Shown in pieces: positions 62,798 to 64,000 of a stretch of 64,000 nt of DNA. The stretch's first letter is position 1. Every line of letters starts with the position of its first letter. The notes under the pieces were generated by a model that was not told the origin of the DNA, did no database searches, and saw only the letters and a list, made by a program, of their open reading frames with translations. The DNA lies in contig DAMU01000040.1 of the NCBI GenBank assembly GCA_002499705.1, forward strand, positions 114-64,113. The letters run 5' to 3'. A program made the translations under genes and the position numbers. This stretch comes from Euryarchaeota archaeon UBA91. GTDB lineage: Archaea > Thermoplasmatota > Poseidoniia > Poseidoniales > Poseidoniaceae.

Positions 62798-63127
62798 ATG
62801 GTCAGCGTCGTGTTCATCGAACATCTTGCTGAGTTGCTCTGCGGAGTTTCAGCCTTTCTGTTCACGTTCATTGCAACCTTTTCACGTTCAGAAAAAGCCG
62901 AAAATCTCGTTCAAAATCTCATTGCAGTTTTACTTCTGAGCGCTGCGGGTGTATTGTGGTGGCTTTCTCTGTCAGGTGGTGAATTGTGGGGTTCGAACTA
63001 TCTGCCAAAACCACTCTCACTGGTATGTATTGTCATTGCAATTTCAGCAAGAATGAACATCAAGGGCGAAAACGTATCGTTTGGTGCGAATCCACATACG
63101 ATTGGAAAATCAAATGAAGATGAGTGA
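62798..63127 (+). CDS. Possible small three-TM membrane protein (109 aa)
   Basis: The track ORF 62663..63127 overlaps the polX start. The internal ATG at 62798 leaves ~90 nt for divergent promoters and gives MVSVVFIEHLAELLCGVSAFLFTFIATF... with three hydrophobic helices. No homology recognised. Confidence 0.4.
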   Translation: MVSVVFIEHLAELLCGVSAFLFTFIATFSRSEKAENLVQNLIAVLLLSAAGVLWWLSLSGGELWGSNYLPKPLSLVCIVIAISARMNIKGENVSFGANPHTIGKSNEDE

Positions 63128-63463
63128 TTAGACAATTTCGCCACGAGGCTGCGATGAGTCTGTATCCACTTGTTCTGTGCTCGACGCTTCCTTTGCCATC
63201 TTTTGATCGATGAAGGTGCGCATATATTCTGGAAGTTCGCCGTTGACAAAAATCACATCGTTGATGTATTCCAACTTTTTGAGAGAGTAGTAAATTTGCA
63301 TGGCTGTCATTGGAGTAGAGGAACAACCGTTGCAGCCTCCGTCAAGTGAGAGCATGATGTTACCATCGGTTGTATCCAAGACGGTGACAACGCCATCGTG
63401 CTCATCAAGGATGTCTTGAACAGGGCCAATTTCGGCCAAGATATCCTCTGCAGTGAGACTCAT
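63128..63463 (-). CDS. NifU/Nfu-like Fe-S cluster assembly domain protein
   Basis: VQDILDEHDGVVTVLDTTDGNIMLSLDGGCNGCSSTPMTAMQ, the Nfu C-terminal domain pattern with GxCxGC. Confidence 0.8.
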   Translation of the reverse strand: MSLTAEDILAEIGPVQDILDEHDGVVTVLDTTDGNIMLSLDGGCNGCSSTPMTAMQIYYSLKKLEYINDVIFVNGELPEYMRTFIDQKMAKEASSTEQVDTDSSQPRGEIV

Positions 63464-63632
63464 CGATACAGTGTGTGCGCCTCTCCCCTTTGAAGAATTG
63501 CTTCTTTTGGCAGGCTCGGAAGGGCTATCGGCGAGGCGAATGAACCCGTAAAAAGCCGTAAAGAGGGGGATTTAATGGGGGAACCTCTTATCAAGGGTTC
63601 TTAGGTCGCCGGAATAACAAGGTGTTCTATAA

Positions 63633-64000
63633 TGATGGATAATATACCAATGATTGCCGCTGCTGCAGGTCTTTTCGGACTTGCTGTTGCGTTTATGCTG
63701 TACCAACAAGTAAACAAAGTGAAAATTGACAATGAGAAAGTTGCCAACATCACCGAAGAAGTTCAAAAAGGCGCTATGGCGTTTCTGTTTGCAGAATACC
63801 GAGTCCTCGCCATTTTCGTGGTTGTTGTTGGTGCTGCACTTACCCAACTCAACGATGTAAATACCGCTCTTGCCTTCTTTGGTGGTGCTCTTGCATCCGT
63901 TGCTGCAGGATTCTCAGGAATGCGTGCTGCAACCTCAGCCAATGGCCGAACCACTATGGCTGCCAAGAATGATGGAAAGGCTGGCGCGCTTGCCGTATCT
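63633..64000 (+). CDS. hppA: Membrane-bound H+(/Na+)-translocating pyrophosphatase, 5' part (continues beyond the right edge)
   Basis: Not in the track because it has no stop in the window. My translation from ATG 63633: MMDNIPMIAAAAGLFGLAVAFMLYQQVNKVKIDNEKVANITEEVQKGAMAFLFAEYRVLAIFVVVVGAAL...GFSGMRAATSANGRTTMAAK. This matches the conserved H+-PPase N-terminus (I.EGA.AFL..EY; GF.GM..AT.AN.RTA). Confidence 0.85.

Noticed and set aside
1-64000. Window-wide look for tRNA, rRNA, CRISPR repeats, IS elements or inverted repeats, integrases, reverse transcriptase/DGR, toxin-antitoxin pairs or known defence genes
   Set aside because: None found. The few intergenic regions of 90 bp or more (8891..9035, 18717..18806, 23051..23255, 29863..30018, 40076..40168, 44769..44968, 62707..62797, 63464..63632) show no cloverleaf-like stems or arrayed repeats. 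No ORF product shows the relevant catalytic motifs. This was a by-eye search, so small ncRNAs could be missed.

Overview
This window looks like a very compact archaeal chromosomal region. With my start choices about 1.8 kb of 64 kb is intergenic. I found no rRNA, tRNA, CRISPR array, transposase, integrase, reverse transcriptase or recognisable defence or toxin-antitoxin genes. Archaeal identity rests on a TATA-box binding protein, mevalonate kinase and a complete archaellum core (arlB, arlB, arlF, arlG, arlH, arlI, arlJ). Housekeeping genes are cysS, ileS, nadE, trhO, mutY, nth, polX, a MutS-like ATPase, thioredoxin, bcp, a NifU-like protein and hppA (cut at the right edge). Interleaved with these is a secretome typical of a planktonic protein-degrading heterotroph: four giant surface proteins (more than 1100, 1197, 1714 and about 1706 aa), two paralogous S15 (CocE/NonD/X-Pro dipeptidyl) peptidases, a lamin-tail-domain amidohydrolase, an Asp-box propeller lipoprotein and an ELWxxDGT-repeat protein with collagen-like triplets. 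The gene content resembles Marine Group II (Poseidoniales)-type euryarchaea, but that is inference only. The most interesting locus is 44969..59540, which appears to be one ~14.6 kb transcription unit. In it the archaellum genes lack any recognisable arlC/D/E or arlX. They are instead translationally coupled to uncharacterised genes: a 143-aa basic helical protein, a ~1706-aa multi-beta-sandwich protein ending in 5 TM helices, a 337-aa cytoplasmic helical plus beta-sandwich protein, a 278-aa acidic protein in the arlCDE slot, and a 152-aa Pro-rich membrane protein. Secondary points: a fused aconitase-X (DUF521+DUF126) protein of ambiguous function, an archaeal Frag1/DRAM/Sfk1-like membrane protein, lineage-specific insertions in TBP and mevalonate kinase, a three-cysteine EndoIII, Trp-rich cytoplasmic tails on the surface proteins, and eight convergent gene pairs with 14 nt or less (or negative) spacing. 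Many track ORFs start at GTG/TTG and are over-extended, so I trimmed starts where a signal peptide, homology or a GGAGGTGA-type Shine-Dalgarno motif supported it. All homology statements are by-eye motif recognition, not database searches.
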